A stretch of DNA of 64,000 bases from the NCBI GenBank assembly GCA_043817235.1, contig JBDRHA010000007.1, forward strand, positions 137,212 through 201,211. The letters are read 5' to 3'. Under the pieces are notes generated by a model, which did no database searches, was not told the DNA's origin, and was given only the letters and a program-made list of their open reading frames with translations. The position numbers and the translations under genes are program-made. The DNA comes from Candidatus Shapirobacteria bacterium. Lineage in GTDB: Bacteria > Patescibacteriota > Microgenomatia > UBA12405 > BS750m-G30. This document shows positions 63,841-64,000 of this stretch, piece by piece (the stretch's first letter is position 1; each line of letters begins with the position of its first letter).

Positions 63841-64000
63841 GGATTATCGGGAAAAGGGGAGCGTTTTAAAAATTGCTTTTTTTGTTTTGCTTTTTTTCCT
63901 ACCTCTTTATCCGAAATTTCCTTTAACTGAGGTGGCCGGCACTTACGTTTCTATTCGGCTTGAAGATTGGGTAGTTTTGGCGGCCGTTTTAGCTTGGGGA
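63794..64000 (+). CDS. N-terminal fragment of a membrane protein (possibly O-antigen ligase/polymerase-like), 3'-truncated by the window edge
   Basis: An ATG at 63794 opens a frame with no stop before the window end: MSILKKLTGRLGPL...IAFFVLLFFLPLYPKFPLTEVAGTYVSIRLEDWVVLAAVLAW. Confidence 0.3.
   Translation, partial: MSILKKLTGRLGPLTKDYREKGSVLKIAFFVLLFFLPLYPKFPLTEVAGTYVSIRLEDWVVLAAVLAWG

Noticed and set aside
1-64000. CRISPR arrays, rRNA genes and tRNA genes
   Set aside because: I found no regularly spaced direct repeats with unique spacers, no rRNA-like conserved stretches and no cloverleaf-compatible 70-90-nt segments in the intergenic regions. The 5196-5432 gap in particular was examined and holds a repeat element and a hairpin, not a tRNA.

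Overview
The window is AT-rich (roughly mid-30s % GC by eye) and densely packed with genes, most of them very probably building and exporting a cell-surface glycan. I count at least 13 family-2 glycosyltransferases, 5 GT4 glycosyltransferases and about 8 polytopic GT-C-type membrane enzymes, several of them ArnT/PMT-like. The same region holds 6 class-I SAM methyltransferases, 3 radical-SAM enzymes (two B12-binding, one SPASM), a DegT-type sugar aminotransferase, a polysaccharide pyruvyl transferase with its FrhB-like ferredoxin partner, a hexapeptide O-acetyltransferase, two Wzx-like flippases and an LCP-family ligase. A TPR membrane protein (TMTC-like) and a roughly 1,500-aa secreted protein built from CarboxypepD_reg/Cna-B-like beta-sandwich repeats are also present. 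A few salvage and housekeeping genes sit among these: apt, an MTA/purine nucleoside phosphorylase, ychF, a queuosine-salvage QNG1/DUF2419 homologue, a membrane-anchored thermonuclease and a YfcE-type metallophosphoesterase. This gene content, the weak Shine-Dalgarno usage and the paralogue expansion suggest a small-genome bacterium of the CPR/Patescibacteria type; this is inference only. Beyond the coding genes, three things stand out. First, a Y1/HUH (IS200/RAYT-like) transposase gene is flanked by inverted REP-like palindromes, with a third solo copy about 3 kb away, giving a REPtron-like arrangement. Second, a ~85-nt two-hairpin repeat occurs twice, once apparently inserted in-frame inside a YdjM-like hydrolase gene and once forming the 3' end of a hypothetical ORF, as Rickettsia palindromic elements do. 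Third, the radical-SAM, B12-rSAM, aminotransferase and methyltransferase sub-cluster probably makes an unusual C-methylated or aminated sugar. I found no rRNA, tRNA or CRISPR array.
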